Positions 22,312-32,579 of a DNA stretch of 64,000 bases are shown here, in pieces (position 1 is the stretch's first letter; each line of letters starts with the position of its first letter). The DNA comes from Methanocaldococcus sp. 16A (GTDB lineage Archaea > AGJL01 > Methanococci > Methanococcales > Methanocaldococcaceae). The notes below the pieces were generated by a model. It was not told the origin of the DNA. It did no database searches and saw only the letters and a program-made list of their open reading frames with translations. The position numbers and the translations under genes were made by a program. The stretch is taken from NCBI GenBank assembly GCA_049860595.1, contig CP187551.1; one strand, 5' to 3'.

Positions 22312-23529
22312 TTATAACTCCTTCAATAATTTCTTTAGAATTTCCATGTCACATTCAATTTTTATTGGCTCTTCACTCGCTCTTATAGCAGCATCTGGGT
22401 CTTTTAATCCATGTCCTGTTGTTATACAAACAATTCTTTCATCTCTATCAATAATTCCTTCTTCTAACAACTTCTTAAGTCCAGCTATTGAAGAGGCTGA
22501 AGCAGGTTCAACAAAAATTCCTTCTCTTCTTGCTAATAATTTTTGTGCCTCTATAATCTCTTCATCTGTAACTGCCTCAGCATAGCCATTTGATGAATAT
22601 ATAGCATCTAATGCCTTTGGGGCATTTACTGGATTTCCAATTCTTATAGCTGTTGCAATTGTCTCTGGATTTTTGAATGGAGTGATTTCTTTAGCTTTCT
22701 TTTTGAAAGCCTCAACAATTGGCTTAGCTCCTTCAGCTTGAATTCCTGTCATTTTTGGAAGTTCATCAATAATTCCAGTCATTTCAAACTCTTTAAATCC
22801 TTTCCATATAGCTGAGATGTTTCCAGCATTTCCTACTGGAACAATAACTCTATCTGGAACTTGCCAATTTAGTTGGTCGCAAATCTCAAATGCAATTGTT
22901 TTTTGTCCCTCCAATCTAAATGGATTTATTGAATTTAGTAAATAAATTAATTTTTCTTTTGCTAACTGTTTAACCATATTTAAGGCATCATCAAAGTTTC
23001 CTTTAACTTGAATAACCTTAGCTCCATAAAACATTGCTTGAGCTAATTTACCTAAAGCTACCTTTCCATCAGGTAATAAAACTATGCATTTTTTTCCACA
23101 TCTTGCTGAATATGCAGCTAAAGATGCTGATGTGTTTCCTGTTGATGCACAACCAACAACTTCAACTCCTAACTCATTAGCTCTTGTTACCCCAACAGTC
23201 ATCCCTCTATCTTTAAAACTTCCTGTAGGATTAGCTCCTTCGTTTTTTACATAGAGTTCTTTAACTCCAAGCTCTTTCTCTAAATTTTTACATCTATATA
23301 GAGGAGTCCCTCCTTCACATAAACTTACAATTTTACTTTCATTTTTTACTGGTAAGTATTCTAAATACCTCCAAACACCAATTTCTCTTTCTTTAAATTT
23401 TTCTTTTGAAACTTTATCTTTTATTTCTTCATAATCATAAACAATTTCTAATAAGCCACCACATTCGCAGGTGTAGATTATTTCATCCACATCATAAGTT
23501 TTTCCACATTCGATACATTTTTGTAACAT
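22312..23529 (-). CDS. thrC: Threonine synthase
   Basis: NPTGSFKDRG, CASTGNTSASLAAY, PVGNAGN. Confidence 0.97.
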   Translation of the reverse strand: MLQKCIECGKTYDVDEIIYTCECGGLLEIVYDYEEIKDKVSKEKFKEREIGVWRYLEYLPVKNESKIVSLCEGGTPLYRCKNLEKELGVKELYVKNEGANPTGSFKDRGMTVGVTRANELGVEVVGCASTGNTSASLAAYSARCGKKCIVLLPDGKVALGKLAQAMFYGAKVIQVKGNFDDALNMVKQLAKEKLIYLLNSINPFRLEGQKTIAFEICDQLNWQVPDRVIVPVGNAGNISAIWKGFKEFEMTGIIDELPKMTGIQAEGAKPIVEAFKKKAKEITPFKNPETIATAIRIGNPVNAPKALDAIYSSNGYAEAVTDEEIIEAQKLLARREGIFVEPASASSIAGLKKLLEEGIIDRDERIVCITTGHGLKDPDAAIRASEEPIKIECDMEILKKLLKEL

Positions 23530-23873
23530 TTCATCACCTCTAACTGTATAGAACTGCAGAATGGAATTTTGTAATGAATATAATAAAACATTTATCCCTA
23601 CAAAAGTCCTATTAAAAAACTTTGATGAGTAACCATACTTTTTATTTAAGAAGTTTTGGTTATAAAGTTTTGCATTAATAGAATTAGTAAAATTGAATAG
23701 AACTCTCGTGGGAATAAATTTAAAACCAGTTTCTCGATACTCTTTTCATATCTGTTGGACTCTATGCTTAGATATGCCCAATTTCTTAGCAATATCTTTT
23801 GTTCTATATCATTTTTCTTTCCATCGAATGATATCCTAATCTTTTTATCGTCAACTTTTGTTACGCTCATACT

Positions 23874-23966
23874 ATCGGACTTTCGCAGAATGAATTTTTA
23901 TATTGAATATAGGCATTTAAAGGTGTCAAAGTTTCAAATTTAATACTCATACTGCGAAAGACCTAT
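23874..23966. repeat. Palindromic intergenic mini-element (MJRE-like)
   Basis: ATCGGACTTTCGCAG ... CTGCGAAAGACCTAT; opposite orientation to the 32461 copy. Confidence 0.8.
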
Positions 23967-24177
23967 ACTATTAATGTCATCTTTTTTATTATTTTGTCTA
24001 TGCGAAATAATTTTGGGATACGACAGAGGATGGAATACGTATCAAAAAATATATATATGGATTCTAAAATATCTTAAATACTTGTCCATACTTGTTGTTA
24101 AATATTTAATAATTACGATTTTAGTACTGTTATTAAATTATAGCAATATAAAGATTATTATAATCATAATAATTTAT

Positions 24178-24237
24178 TTAATTAATATCATCAATAAATT
24201 ATACAATTAATTAATATCATCAATAAATTATACAATT
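24178..24237. repeat. Perfect 29 bp tandem duplication
   Basis: TTAATTAATATCATCAATAAATTATACAA x2, immediately upstream of the FIST gene. Confidence 0.9.
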
Positions 24238-25809
24238 TTGGGGATTACAATGATATACATACAAAAAAAAATAAAGAACCCTATAAAAGACGGAATCGAA
24301 CTTGGAGAAGAAATAAAAAGAAATGTGGGGAGGGCATCTTTAATAATATTCATAACTTCAATATTCGATGAAGATAAGTTAAAAGACGTATTTGAAGGTA
24401 TGAAACAACATATATCCTTAGATAACCTCATTGGATGCTCTACAGGAGGTATATTTGTAGGAAAAAATTATATAAATGAAGATGGAGTTTTAGTTTTAGC
24501 TTTTGATGAACATTATAAAAGTGCAATATCATGTGAAAAAGTAAATAAAGAGGCCAAAGATGTTGGTAGAAAAATAGCAGAAAAAATTAGAACTTGCATT
24601 AGGAATAGATACCAAAAATTGGACATTGATGATAATTTTTTAGGATTTATTTTCTTTGATTGGGATAGAGATAGTGAGCAGGAAATATTAGATGTTTTAG
24701 GAAGGGAGCTAAGTATACCAATTGTCGGAGGAACAGCTGCTGATGATGGTTCTTTTGACAAATTTTTCCAAATATATAAAGGAGAAATTGTTAAAGATTG
24801 CTGTGTTTTTGGAATTATTGGTGGAAAATTAAAATTTGATTTAATTTATGGACATGGATATGAACCAACAGATATTTACGCAAGAGTTACTAAGGCTGAG
24901 GGGAAAGTAGTTTATGAATTAGATGGAAAACCTGCTTATCAAAGATATTTGGAGATGATTTCTGAATATACAAAACTACCAACAGAAGTTATTGAAAAAT
25001 ACCTTAGAAAAAAAAGAAAAAGGTTAAAAGATATTGATTTTTACTTAATACATCCCCTTGGATACATGGATATTAATGGAAATTATATCATTGCCTATTT
25101 AGAAAAAATTGATGATAACGCTTTAGTATTTAGAAGAAAATTAGTTGAAGGAACTTTCCTTATATTAATGAAAACTAATATAGAGAAACAGGTATGTTCG
25201 TTAACTGAGGAATTAAAAAAGAAAGAAAAATTTGAGAGTCCATTGGCATTTATAAACGAATGTTACGCAAGGAAAGTACTAAGGAGTTCAATGTTTAGAG
25301 AACCAGAAGGGAATCTTCCAGAATACCTCCTAAATTTCTACAATGCTTATAAAAAAGTTAAAAAAGTTGATGATGATTATACTATGGAGGACGACTGTAT
25401 TGGTTGGCTTACATATGGTGAGACAATAGCAAAGGACTTGGTAAGATTTCATAATAACTTATCATTTACTGGAGTTATATTTGAATTATCTCAAGATGGA
25501 AAGATAAATTGGAAAGAGGAATTAAAGAATTTCAATTTTGAAGATGATGAGATTGAAGTAATCTCAAATCTAATTAATAAACAACTAACTGCAAAAGATT
25601 TATTACAAATAACAAATTTAGGCCAAACTAAACTATATCAAACACTAAACAAATTAGAAAATGAAGGAATTATAAAATCAATAGGTGGAAAGCCAAAATT
25701 ATACTATATTGACAATATAAAAGAAATTTTACAAAAAACTCATGAAAGGATAGAACAGGAAAATATGGTTAAAAAGATTAAAAGAGAAAAATTATTGAGG
25801 ATGCTCTAA
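24238..25809 (+). CDS. FIST sensory-domain protein with C-terminal TrmB-like winged HTH
   Basis: LIGCSTGG, IVGGTAADD, VTKAEG..VYELDGKPA, GWLTYGE (FIST); TAKDL...QTKLYQTLNKLENEGII...GKPKLY (wHTH). Probable start is ATG 24250. Confidence 0.85.
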   Translation: MGITMIYIQKKIKNPIKDGIELGEEIKRNVGRASLIIFITSIFDEDKLKDVFEGMKQHISLDNLIGCSTGGIFVGKNYINEDGVLVLAFDEHYKSAISCEKVNKEAKDVGRKIAEKIRTCIRNRYQKLDIDDNFLGFIFFDWDRDSEQEILDVLGRELSIPIVGGTAADDGSFDKFFQIYKGEIVKDCCVFGIIGGKLKFDLIYGHGYEPTDIYARVTKAEGKVVYELDGKPAYQRYLEMISEYTKLPTEVIEKYLRKKRKRLKDIDFYLIHPLGYMDINGNYIIAYLEKIDDNALVFRRKLVEGTFLILMKTNIEKQVCSLTEELKKKEKFESPLAFINECYARKVLRSSMFREPEGNLPEYLLNFYNAYKKVKKVDDDYTMEDDCIGWLTYGETIAKDLVRFHNNLSFTGVIFELSQDGKINWKEELKNFNFEDDEIEVISNLINKQLTAKDLLQITNLGQTKLYQTLNKLENEGIIKSIGGKPKLYYIDNIKEILQKTHERIEQENMVKKIKREKLLRML

Positions 25810-25876
25810 AATTAAATTTTAATATGACTTTCGCAGTTTATAATATTTAATAAGGAAAAAATGATGCAAAAGGATT

Positions 25877-26383
25877 TCATTCTTTAATAATTCTCCTTAA
25901 ATTGATTGAAAGCAGAGAGCTAATTTTATTTAACTGCTCTTCAGAGATTTCTATTTTTTTCTGAAGTAGTTTAGATATATCAATTTCAATATAATCTTCA
26001 CCAACATCTCTTGGATGTATTGGAGATATTTCATTAAACACTGAAAAGACTGGACAAAAGTCGTGGCAATATAGGCAATATACACATTTTTCATAATTAA
26101 TTTTTGGTATTTTATCTTTAACATAGTTTTCAGTTATTTTAACTGGCTCTATTTGAATCATCTCAATTGCATTAGTTGGGCAAACGTTAGCACATCCCTC
26201 ACAACCAATACAAAGCTCTTCAATAACTGTTTTTGGAATCTTAATAGTTCCAGTTAATATTGCTTTTCTCATCTCTAAGCTTGTATATCTATCACTACCA
26301 AAGATAATTCTTTCTAAGTTTTCATAGATACCAGTCAAAAATATTTTGGCAAAATTTTTTAGCTCAACCAACCTAATCACCAA
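25877..26383 (-). CDS. ehbL: Energy-converting hydrogenase B subunit L (2x[4Fe-4S])
   Basis: CIGCEGCANVCP and CVYCLYCHDFCP; operon context. Confidence 0.85.
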   Translation of the reverse strand: MVIRLVELKNFAKIFLTGIYENLERIIFGSDRYTSLEMRKAILTGTIKIPKTVIEELCIGCEGCANVCPTNAIEMIQIEPVKITENYVKDKIPKINYEKCVYCLYCHDFCPVFSVFNEISPIHPRDVGEDYIEIDISKLLQKKIEISEEQLNKISSLLSINLRRIIKE

Positions 26384-26399
26384 AATGATATTTTATTCT

Positions 26400-27800
26400 T
26401 TAAGATTGAACTTTCCATTTTCTATGCAAATAGATAGCTTTAGTTGGGCATATATTGTAGCAAGCTCCACAAAATTCACATTTCTCAGTATCAATAACTC
26501 CATAATCAATGCATTCGTTTGGACAAACTTTATTGCAGAGACCACATTTTATACAAAAGTCCATATCAGTTCTAATAAATGAGTTCTCTCTATCAACAAC
26601 TTTTTTATAGGAGGTTATGTTTGGAATAACATCTCTTGGGCAATGAATAGCACATGTTTCACATGCTATGCAGTTATCAGTGAATAAAACTTCCCCACTA
26701 CTTCTATCTATAACTATAGCATCTCTTGGACATACATTTGAACATGTTCCACAAAGTATGCAGTTTTCATCCTTAATTTTTTCCAATTTAACAGTAGTTA
26801 TCTCTATAGCATTTTCTGGACAATTATTTATGCAAATTTCACATAATGAGCATCCACCAACAACTCTATCATCTTTAACTCTTCTAACATCGTTCGGGCA
26901 GATTTTTATACATTCTAAACATTTCCAACAAACGTCTGGACTATAATACAAATGCCCATTCTCAAACCTTAAAGCTCCACTTGGGCAATATAATGAACAT
27001 AATCCGCAATTTATACAGTAACTTGTTGGTTGTTTCTCTCCATTTTCTTTAATTTTAATCACTTTAAAGTTTTCAACTTTTAAAGCATCATTTGGACAAA
27101 CTTCTATACATTTTAAACAGAGAATGCATTTGCTATAATCAACCTCTCCATCTTTAATGGCATCTTTTGGACAAACCTCTCCACATAAATTACAGGATGT
27201 GCATGCATCTATAGAATCTGGAATTATTGTTTCTCTTGGGCATAGATAAGAGCATCTTAAGCATCCAACGCATTTATCTCTATCAATTTTAATTGATTTT
27301 CTTTCAACTTTTTTAACAATGTTTTTTGGAGTTCCATAAGTATCTACTAACTTAATTTTCATAAGATTCTCTAAAACTTTTAAGTATCTCTCTGCAAGAC
27401 CTTCTCTTTTAGTAAATATTAATTCATAAGAGCTAACTCTTGCATTATATGGGCAGACTTCAACACAAGCTCCACACATTGAGCAAATTCCCATTGGGAA
27501 TTTTTTTCCATCTTTCTCCACTATCTTTATAATTCCTATTGGGCAGGCATTAGCACAAATACCACAGCCATTACATCTTCTCCTATCTACATAATAGCCT
27601 CCAAACTTGTTTCTTTTAATTGCTTTATTTGGACAGGCTCTTGCACATTCTCCACAGGTTAAACATGTAAAGCTTTTGTTATTTAATAAAAATATTGCAT
27701 CTGTTGGGCAAGCTTCCAAGCATTTTGCAGTTTTATGATAAAATGGACAAGATTCGCATTTCTCTTCTGCCCTACATTTATCCAGTAAGGTTATAATCAT
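26400..27800 (-). CDS. ehbK: Polyferredoxin, Ehb subunit K
   Basis: Many CxxCxxCxxxCP motifs; operon context. Confidence 0.88.
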   Translation of the reverse strand: MIITLLDKCRAEEKCESCPFYHKTAKCLEACPTDAIFLLNNKSFTCLTCGECARACPNKAIKRNKFGGYYVDRRRCNGCGICANACPIGIIKIVEKDGKKFPMGICSMCGACVEVCPYNARVSSYELIFTKREGLAERYLKVLENLMKIKLVDTYGTPKNIVKKVERKSIKIDRDKCVGCLRCSYLCPRETIIPDSIDACTSCNLCGEVCPKDAIKDGEVDYSKCILCLKCIEVCPNDALKVENFKVIKIKENGEKQPTSYCINCGLCSLYCPSGALRFENGHLYYSPDVCWKCLECIKICPNDVRRVKDDRVVGGCSLCEICINNCPENAIEITTVKLEKIKDENCILCGTCSNVCPRDAIVIDRSSGEVLFTDNCIACETCAIHCPRDVIPNITSYKKVVDRENSFIRTDMDFCIKCGLCNKVCPNECIDYGVIDTEKCEFCGACYNICPTKAIYLHRKWKVQS

Positions 27801-27838
27801 AATATCACCAATAAGAATAAAATTAATTAATGTAATTT

Positions 27839-28096
27839 CTATTTACCTCCAAATAATCTATTTCCTACAATAATTCCAATTACAGCAGATATATAAGAAA
27901 ATGAAATAAATAGAGTATCATAATATGGAAATGGCTTTAAAAAATATGCAATAATTACAGCTAAAATTAAATATCCAAAAATATTCTTTATCTTATATCT
28001 GTATTTAGCTCCTATCAATACTCCAAATAAAAATGCAAGAATTGATGGATAATATAAATAGTTTGATAGTATTGTTTCCAACATCTTATCCACCAA
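27839..28096 (-). CDS. ehbJ: Ehb membrane subunit J
   Basis: Small 3-TM protein with PFPYY motif; position in operon. Confidence 0.7.
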   Translation of the reverse strand: MVDKMLETILSNYLYYPSILAFLFGVLIGAKYRYKIKNIFGYLILAVIIAYFLKPFPYYDTLFISFSYISAVIGIIVGNRLFGGK

Positions 28097-28102
28097 ATTT
28101 TA

Positions 28103-28891
28103 TTATTTTAGTTTTTCCTCTGACTTGCTAATTTTTTCAATAATAACCTTTTCACAAGATAATAGGAAAGCAGCTGTAGATAATCCAGCTAAGACCTTTA
28201 ATCCAACAGCTATATTTAAATATGGGATTATTCCAGCTGTTATAATTTCTTTTGGTGCTGGAAATACTATGAAAGAATTAATTTCTGTGAAGTTGAATAA
28301 ATAATAACCTCCAATAACCATTCCAGCAACACCAAATAACAAATAACCTAAAGCCCCCAAAGCCTCTAATTTCTCTAAAAACTTGTGTTCAAACCATAAT
28401 GGACTGTTAGAACCAAAAGCAATGACTGATAATATAAGTGAAGCTGCTATCAAAGCCCCTCCTTGAAATCCTCCTCCAGGTGTTATATGTCCTCCTAATA
28501 TAGTTATAATTCCCAAGGCAGCCATTAAAACACTCATAGGAAATGCCAAAAATTTAATTATTGGAGTAAATTCTCCCCATCTTTGAAGTGTTATATAATC
28601 ATCAGACTCTGGAGCATGAAATACCTCTTTCAAATATGTATTATCATACAATGATTTCCCAAACACAACCCAAGAAACCATAACAGCTACGACTAAAACT
28701 AAACACTCTCCTAAAGTATCGTAAGCCCTCCAATCAAATATCACTGCACATACATAGTTTGGAATAATGTAATGTGTAAGATAAACAGTATTAACTCCTG
28801 GATTTACTTGCATGTTTGCTAAGCTATACAATATAGATGCCCCAAATATAAAGAAGGATAAAGCAACAACTAAATCTCTTTTAGAGCTCAT
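28103..28891 (-). CDS. Ehb MnhB-like membrane subunit (EhbH/EhbI fusion)
   Basis: VIFDWRAYDTLGE and GHITPGGGFQGG motifs. Confidence 0.85.
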   Translation of the reverse strand: MSSKRDLVVALSFFIFGASILYSLANMQVNPGVNTVYLTHYIIPNYVCAVIFDWRAYDTLGECLVLVVAVMVSWVVFGKSLYDNTYLKEVFHAPESDDYITLQRWGEFTPIIKFLAFPMSVLMAALGIITILGGHITPGGGFQGGALIAASLILSVIAFGSNSPLWFEHKFLEKLEALGALGYLLFGVAGMVIGGYYLFNFTEINSFIVFPAPKEIITAGIIPYLNIAVGLKVLAGLSTAAFLLSCEKVIIEKISKSEEKLK

Positions 28892-28921
28892 TTTATCACC
28901 TTTATGGCATAAGATTAAAAT

Positions 28922-29245
28922 TTATGTAATATCTGTCATATAAATGCTGAATGCTATTGCCCCTAAAAATATAGAGAGCCAGAATAATTGATAATTTATA
29001 GCGTTTGAGTTTTCTTCCTTAAACTTAAAGATTAAAGGTGATATTGCTAAAGAAAAAGCTAAAGTTGCTAATCCAAACAATGTCATTAAAGTTTTCCCAT
29101 AAACCCTACCAATAATCAAAGCTCCAAATATAAACAATAAATATAAAGTGAATTCTCCAGTAAATACTGCTCCAACAGTAATGCCATCTCCATGCTCCTC
29201 TTTATCCAACTTCTTTTGAAAGTCATCATAATCCATAAAATTCAC
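28922..29245 (-). CDS. ehbG: Ehb membrane subunit G
   Basis: Small TM protein between the ehbF and ehbH/I homologs. Confidence 0.65.
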   Translation of the reverse strand: MNFMDYDDFQKKLDKEEHGDGITVGAVFTGEFTLYLLFIFGALIIGRVYGKTLMTLFGLATLAFSLAISPLIFKFKEENSNAINYQLFWLSIFLGAIAFSIYMTDIT

Positions 29246-29251
29246 CTAAAA

Positions 29252-30697
29252 TCATTTTAAAGAATAATTAACCCCTAACTCTTTTGCATAATCCCATAAG
29301 TAGTTTAATACAATATCTGGATAGATTCCAATTATTATACACAAAGCAGTTAATACAAATAAGCTAAAGACCGCAAGTTTAGGAACTTCTTTATTTTGAT
29401 ATTCTTTTAAGGTTTCTTCATCTACTGGCTTTAAATAAATTAAATAAAATGCCTTCATCATAGAGACAAATGTTCCAATACTAACAATAATCATTATTAT
29501 GGTTATTTCTGGCATATTAACTTGCATAGCCGCTTGAGCTAACATCCACTTACTTTGAAACCCATTAAATGGTGGAATTCCACTTATTGCAAGCTTAGCA
29601 CATAAAACCATAAACGCTACAGAAGGCATTAAAGGCAATAAACCTCCTAACTTATGCAAATTACTTCCTCTTTTACAGCTTACAATATAAGCTCCCAAAA
29701 ACAGGGCAGATTTATAAATAACATGATTTATTGCGTGGAAGATACCTGCAACAATTCCCAATGGTGTTCCTAAGGCTAAACCAGTTGCAACATAGCCACC
29801 TTGACTTATAGCGTGATATGCTAACAGCTTTTTATAATCACTCTGCAATAACGCCATTACTACCCCAAACACCATTGCCAAAACTCCCAAAGCAATTAAA
29901 ACTCCATGTGTAGATGAAAAATAATCTAATCCATTAAATAATTTTAGAATAATTAGCATTAAGCCAACTAACACAAATTTTGAGTATGTTTGCAACATTG
30001 CAGAAATAAAACCTTTAGACCTCGCATACAAATCAGCTTTAACGTTATGGAAAGGAGGAAGACCTGCTCCATAAGCTAAACCTACAACTAAAAGCAACAA
30101 TCCTCCATAAATCATTGGATTATCAACTAACAGATAGTTTTTCATGTCTGTAATGTTTAAAGTTCCAGTTGATGCCAATAAGAAAGCTATTCCTAATAGC
30201 ATTAAGGCTGCTGCAACATTACCCATTATCATATATCTAAGCCCAGCTTTATAAGCTTCTTCAGTTCCTGATAGAAATACTAATCCAGCTTGAACAATTG
30301 AAACTATCTCAAAGAATACATACAAGTTAAAAATATCATCTGCCAAAACAATTGCTGCAATACTCGCAAATCCCATTAATGAGAGAGTAACAAACATATT
30401 ATTTTTTAATTTCTCTCCCATTCCTGTAATTAAAACAAGAGAGGCAATTAAAGATAAAGTTACAATAACTGCCTGCTTTGCTGGATTGTATAAATATGCT
30501 ATTCCAGAAACCCACCCATCAATAACTCCATGCCCACCAAAGTAATAATAACCATATTGACTAATAAATGGCAAAACAATCAAAATAGCAGCTGTAATAA
30601 ATGTTATATATTTAACAGCTTTCTCTTTTCCATGTAATAAATTCATGATTATTGCCATGATTAACGGAAACACAATTATCATTGGTAAGTAGTTCAT
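29252..30697 (-). CDS. ehbF: Ehb proton-translocating subunit F (MnhD/NuoN-like)
   Basis: DIFNLYVFFE, KKLLAYHAISQ, GIPPFNGFQSK. Confidence 0.9.
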   Translation of the reverse strand: MNYLPMIIVFPLIMAIIMNLLHGKEKAVKYITFITAAILIVLPFISQYGYYYFGGHGVIDGWVSGIAYLYNPAKQAVIVTLSLIASLVLITGMGEKLKNNMFVTLSLMGFASIAAIVLADDIFNLYVFFEIVSIVQAGLVFLSGTEEAYKAGLRYMIMGNVAAALMLLGIAFLLASTGTLNITDMKNYLLVDNPMIYGGLLLLVVGLAYGAGLPPFHNVKADLYARSKGFISAMLQTYSKFVLVGLMLIILKLFNGLDYFSSTHGVLIALGVLAMVFGVVMALLQSDYKKLLAYHAISQGGYVATGLALGTPLGIVAGIFHAINHVIYKSALFLGAYIVSCKRGSNLHKLGGLLPLMPSVAFMVLCAKLAISGIPPFNGFQSKWMLAQAAMQVNMPEITIIMIIVSIGTFVSMMKAFYLIYLKPVDEETLKEYQNKEVPKLAVFSLFVLTALCIIIGIYPDIVLNYLWDYAKELGVNYSLK

Positions 30698-30748
30698 TTT
30701 CTCCCTCCAATATTTTAGAGAGCGTTAAATCTAAAAGTTTATAATTGT

Positions 30749-31117
30749 TTAATCCTCTTTTAGTATTACAGAGCTTTTGAGTGTTTTATATTTTTTATAT
30801 AAAATTATAGAAACCCCAAGCATCACAGCAAGCATTGAAGCCTCTATAACTATATTTGTCAAAACCAAAGCATGTGTTAGTGGATAAGTAGATTCTTTAG
30901 CAAAAACCTCTACAGGAACTCCAGGAAGTTTTATTGGTATTGTTCCACCATTATAACCAATTGTAATAAGGGCTAAATTAACTCCACTACCTAAAATCTC
31001 CAAAGCAATGATTTTTTTCAAAACATTATCAACAAAAAACACTCCATATAATCCAATAATAACTAAAAGCCCAGAAGTGATGAATGATGCTGTTTGAAAA
31101 TCCATCCTACCCACCAA
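30749..31117 (-). CDS. ehbE: Ehb subunit E (MnhC-like)
   Basis: NVLKKIIAL, HALVLTNIVI. Confidence 0.85.
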   Translation of the reverse strand: MVGRMDFQTASFITSGLLVIIGLYGVFFVDNVLKKIIALEILGSGVNLALITIGYNGGTIPIKLPGVPVEVFAKESTYPLTHALVLTNIVIEASMLAVMLGVSIILYKKYKTLKSSVILKED

Positions 31118-31184
31118 AAATTTATCATTATTATTAATGACAGATTAGGTTTAACAGTATATAAATATTACGTTAGCCAAAAAG

Positions 31185-31519
31185 GAGGTTGTCAAGATAA
31201 AAAGTTTAATAATGGATGTGTAAAATAGGAGAATATGAAGCTTACGATAGTATATTAAAATTTTGCTCGAATAAACCAAAGATTTTAGTCGATGGTAGTA
31301 AATGGTATCCGTGGGCATTGCAGAAATTAGGCTTAAAATTCGAAAGAGTTCGATTCGGATTAAGAAATTGCGTAGAAAGCTTCTTCTCCCTACTCAAACG
31401 AAGAACGAAGTCTTTCTATAACAGATTCCCTAATAATTCCAAATTTAATACAATTATTAGCTGGTTTAAATCCTTCATCTCCTTCTATAATTGACTCCTA
31501 TCCTTATCTTGACAGTCTC
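31185..31519 (+). mobile_element. Internally deleted IS6-family element (335 bp)
   Basis: 16 bp TIRs GAGGTTGTCAAGATAA (31185-31200) and TTATCTTGACAGTCTC (31504-31519), 2 mismatches; 9 bp target duplication GCCAAAAAG (31176-31184, 31520-31528). Confidence 0.92.
31216..31494 (+). pseudogene. C-terminal fragment of an IS6-family DDE transposase
   Basis: [12 protein letters not shown]...[23 protein letters not shown]; N-terminal half is missing. Confidence 0.85.
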
Positions 31520-31616
31520 GCCAAAAAGGTAAATGCTATAAAAAACATAAAAGACATAACTGTTATTTTAGAATCTAAAATTAAATTAAGACAAAAAATT
31601 AAATGGGTGTTAGATT

Positions 31617-32450
31617 ATGAGGTTTGGAGTTTCATCATTAGTTTTTTTACCAGAAAGTTTAACTTCCTCAATGGAAAAAATAGCTGAACACAACTTTGAT
31701 GCATGGGAGGTTGTTTGTGAAGGTACTCATTACCTATCTCCAAAGAACATAAAGTATCTTATGGAATTAAGAGATAGATATGAGGTTGAAATTGTAGTGC
31801 ATGCACCTTTTTCAGATTTAAATCCAGCATCAATGAATGAGAGAGTTAGAAGATTAACGGTTGAGTGTATTAGAGATGCTATAGAGGGAGCTTTTGAACT
31901 TGATTCTGAAGTTGTTGTAGTACATCCTGGCTATATTCCAGAGCTTTGGAGTAACTATGTAAATGATATATTAGATAACAATTTCTCAACACTATCTGAG
32001 ATTGTAGAGATAGCTGAAGATTATGGAATAAAGATTGGTTTAGAGAATATGCCAAACTTTAGAGGATTATTGGGAATAACTCCAGAATCATTATTGGAGA
32101 TTGTTAAAGACATTGACTCAAAGAATTTAGGGATAACATTTGATATTGGGCATGCAAACACTGTAGGAAATCCTGCTGAATTTGTTGAAAAACTGCAGAA
32201 TATTGGAATGGGTATAATTCATGTCCATGCCCATGACAACAATGGCTATGATGATGAGCATTTAAAAATAGGGGAAGGAAATATCAACTTTATTGAAGTC
32301 CTTGAAAAGCTAAAAGAGATTGGATATGATGGAATAATAAGTATAGAAAATAAGAATGTTAGAGATGCCGTAAAGAGTAAGGAAATGTTAAAAGAGTATT
32401 TGGAAATTGTTAATGAAAAAATAGCCGAGAAGAAGAAAATAGAAGAATAA
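31617..32450 (+). CDS. Sugar phosphate isomerase/epimerase, AP-endonuclease-2 TIM barrel
   Basis: VHAPFSDLN, VVVHPG, LENMP, FDIGHA, HAHDN, DEHL. Confidence 0.88.
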   Translation: MRFGVSSLVFLPESLTSSMEKIAEHNFDAWEVVCEGTHYLSPKNIKYLMELRDRYEVEIVVHAPFSDLNPASMNERVRRLTVECIRDAIEGAFELDSEVVVVHPGYIPELWSNYVNDILDNNFSTLSEIVEIAEDYGIKIGLENMPNFRGLLGITPESLLEIVKDIDSKNLGITFDIGHANTVGNPAEFVEKLQNIGMGIIHVHAHDNNGYDDEHLKIGEGNINFIEVLEKLKEIGYDGIISIENKNVRDAVKSKEMLKEYLEIVNEKIAEKKKIEE

Positions 32451-32460
32451 CTTTATAACT

Positions 32461-32558
32461 ATAGGACTTTCGCAGTTTATATTATTAAATGTTTGAACTT
32501 TGACACCTTTAGGTGTCTATATTCATAAATAATATATTTATTTCTGCAAAAGTCCTAT
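32461..32558. repeat. Palindromic intergenic mini-element (MJRE-like)
   Basis: ATAGGACTTTCGCAG ... CTGCAAAAGTCCTAT; inner GACACCTTTAGGTGTC. Confidence 0.88.
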
Positions 32559-32579
32559 AATTTTTATTTTTTATTTATT

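Noticed and set aside
23974-24210. 78 aa Ile-rich ORF
   Set aside because: Low-complexity AT-rich promoter region that includes the tandem repeat.
25877-31117. Selenocysteine (UGA) read-through in hydrogenase subunits
   Set aside because: All ORFs appear full length; no interrupted frame or SECIS-like element was noticed.
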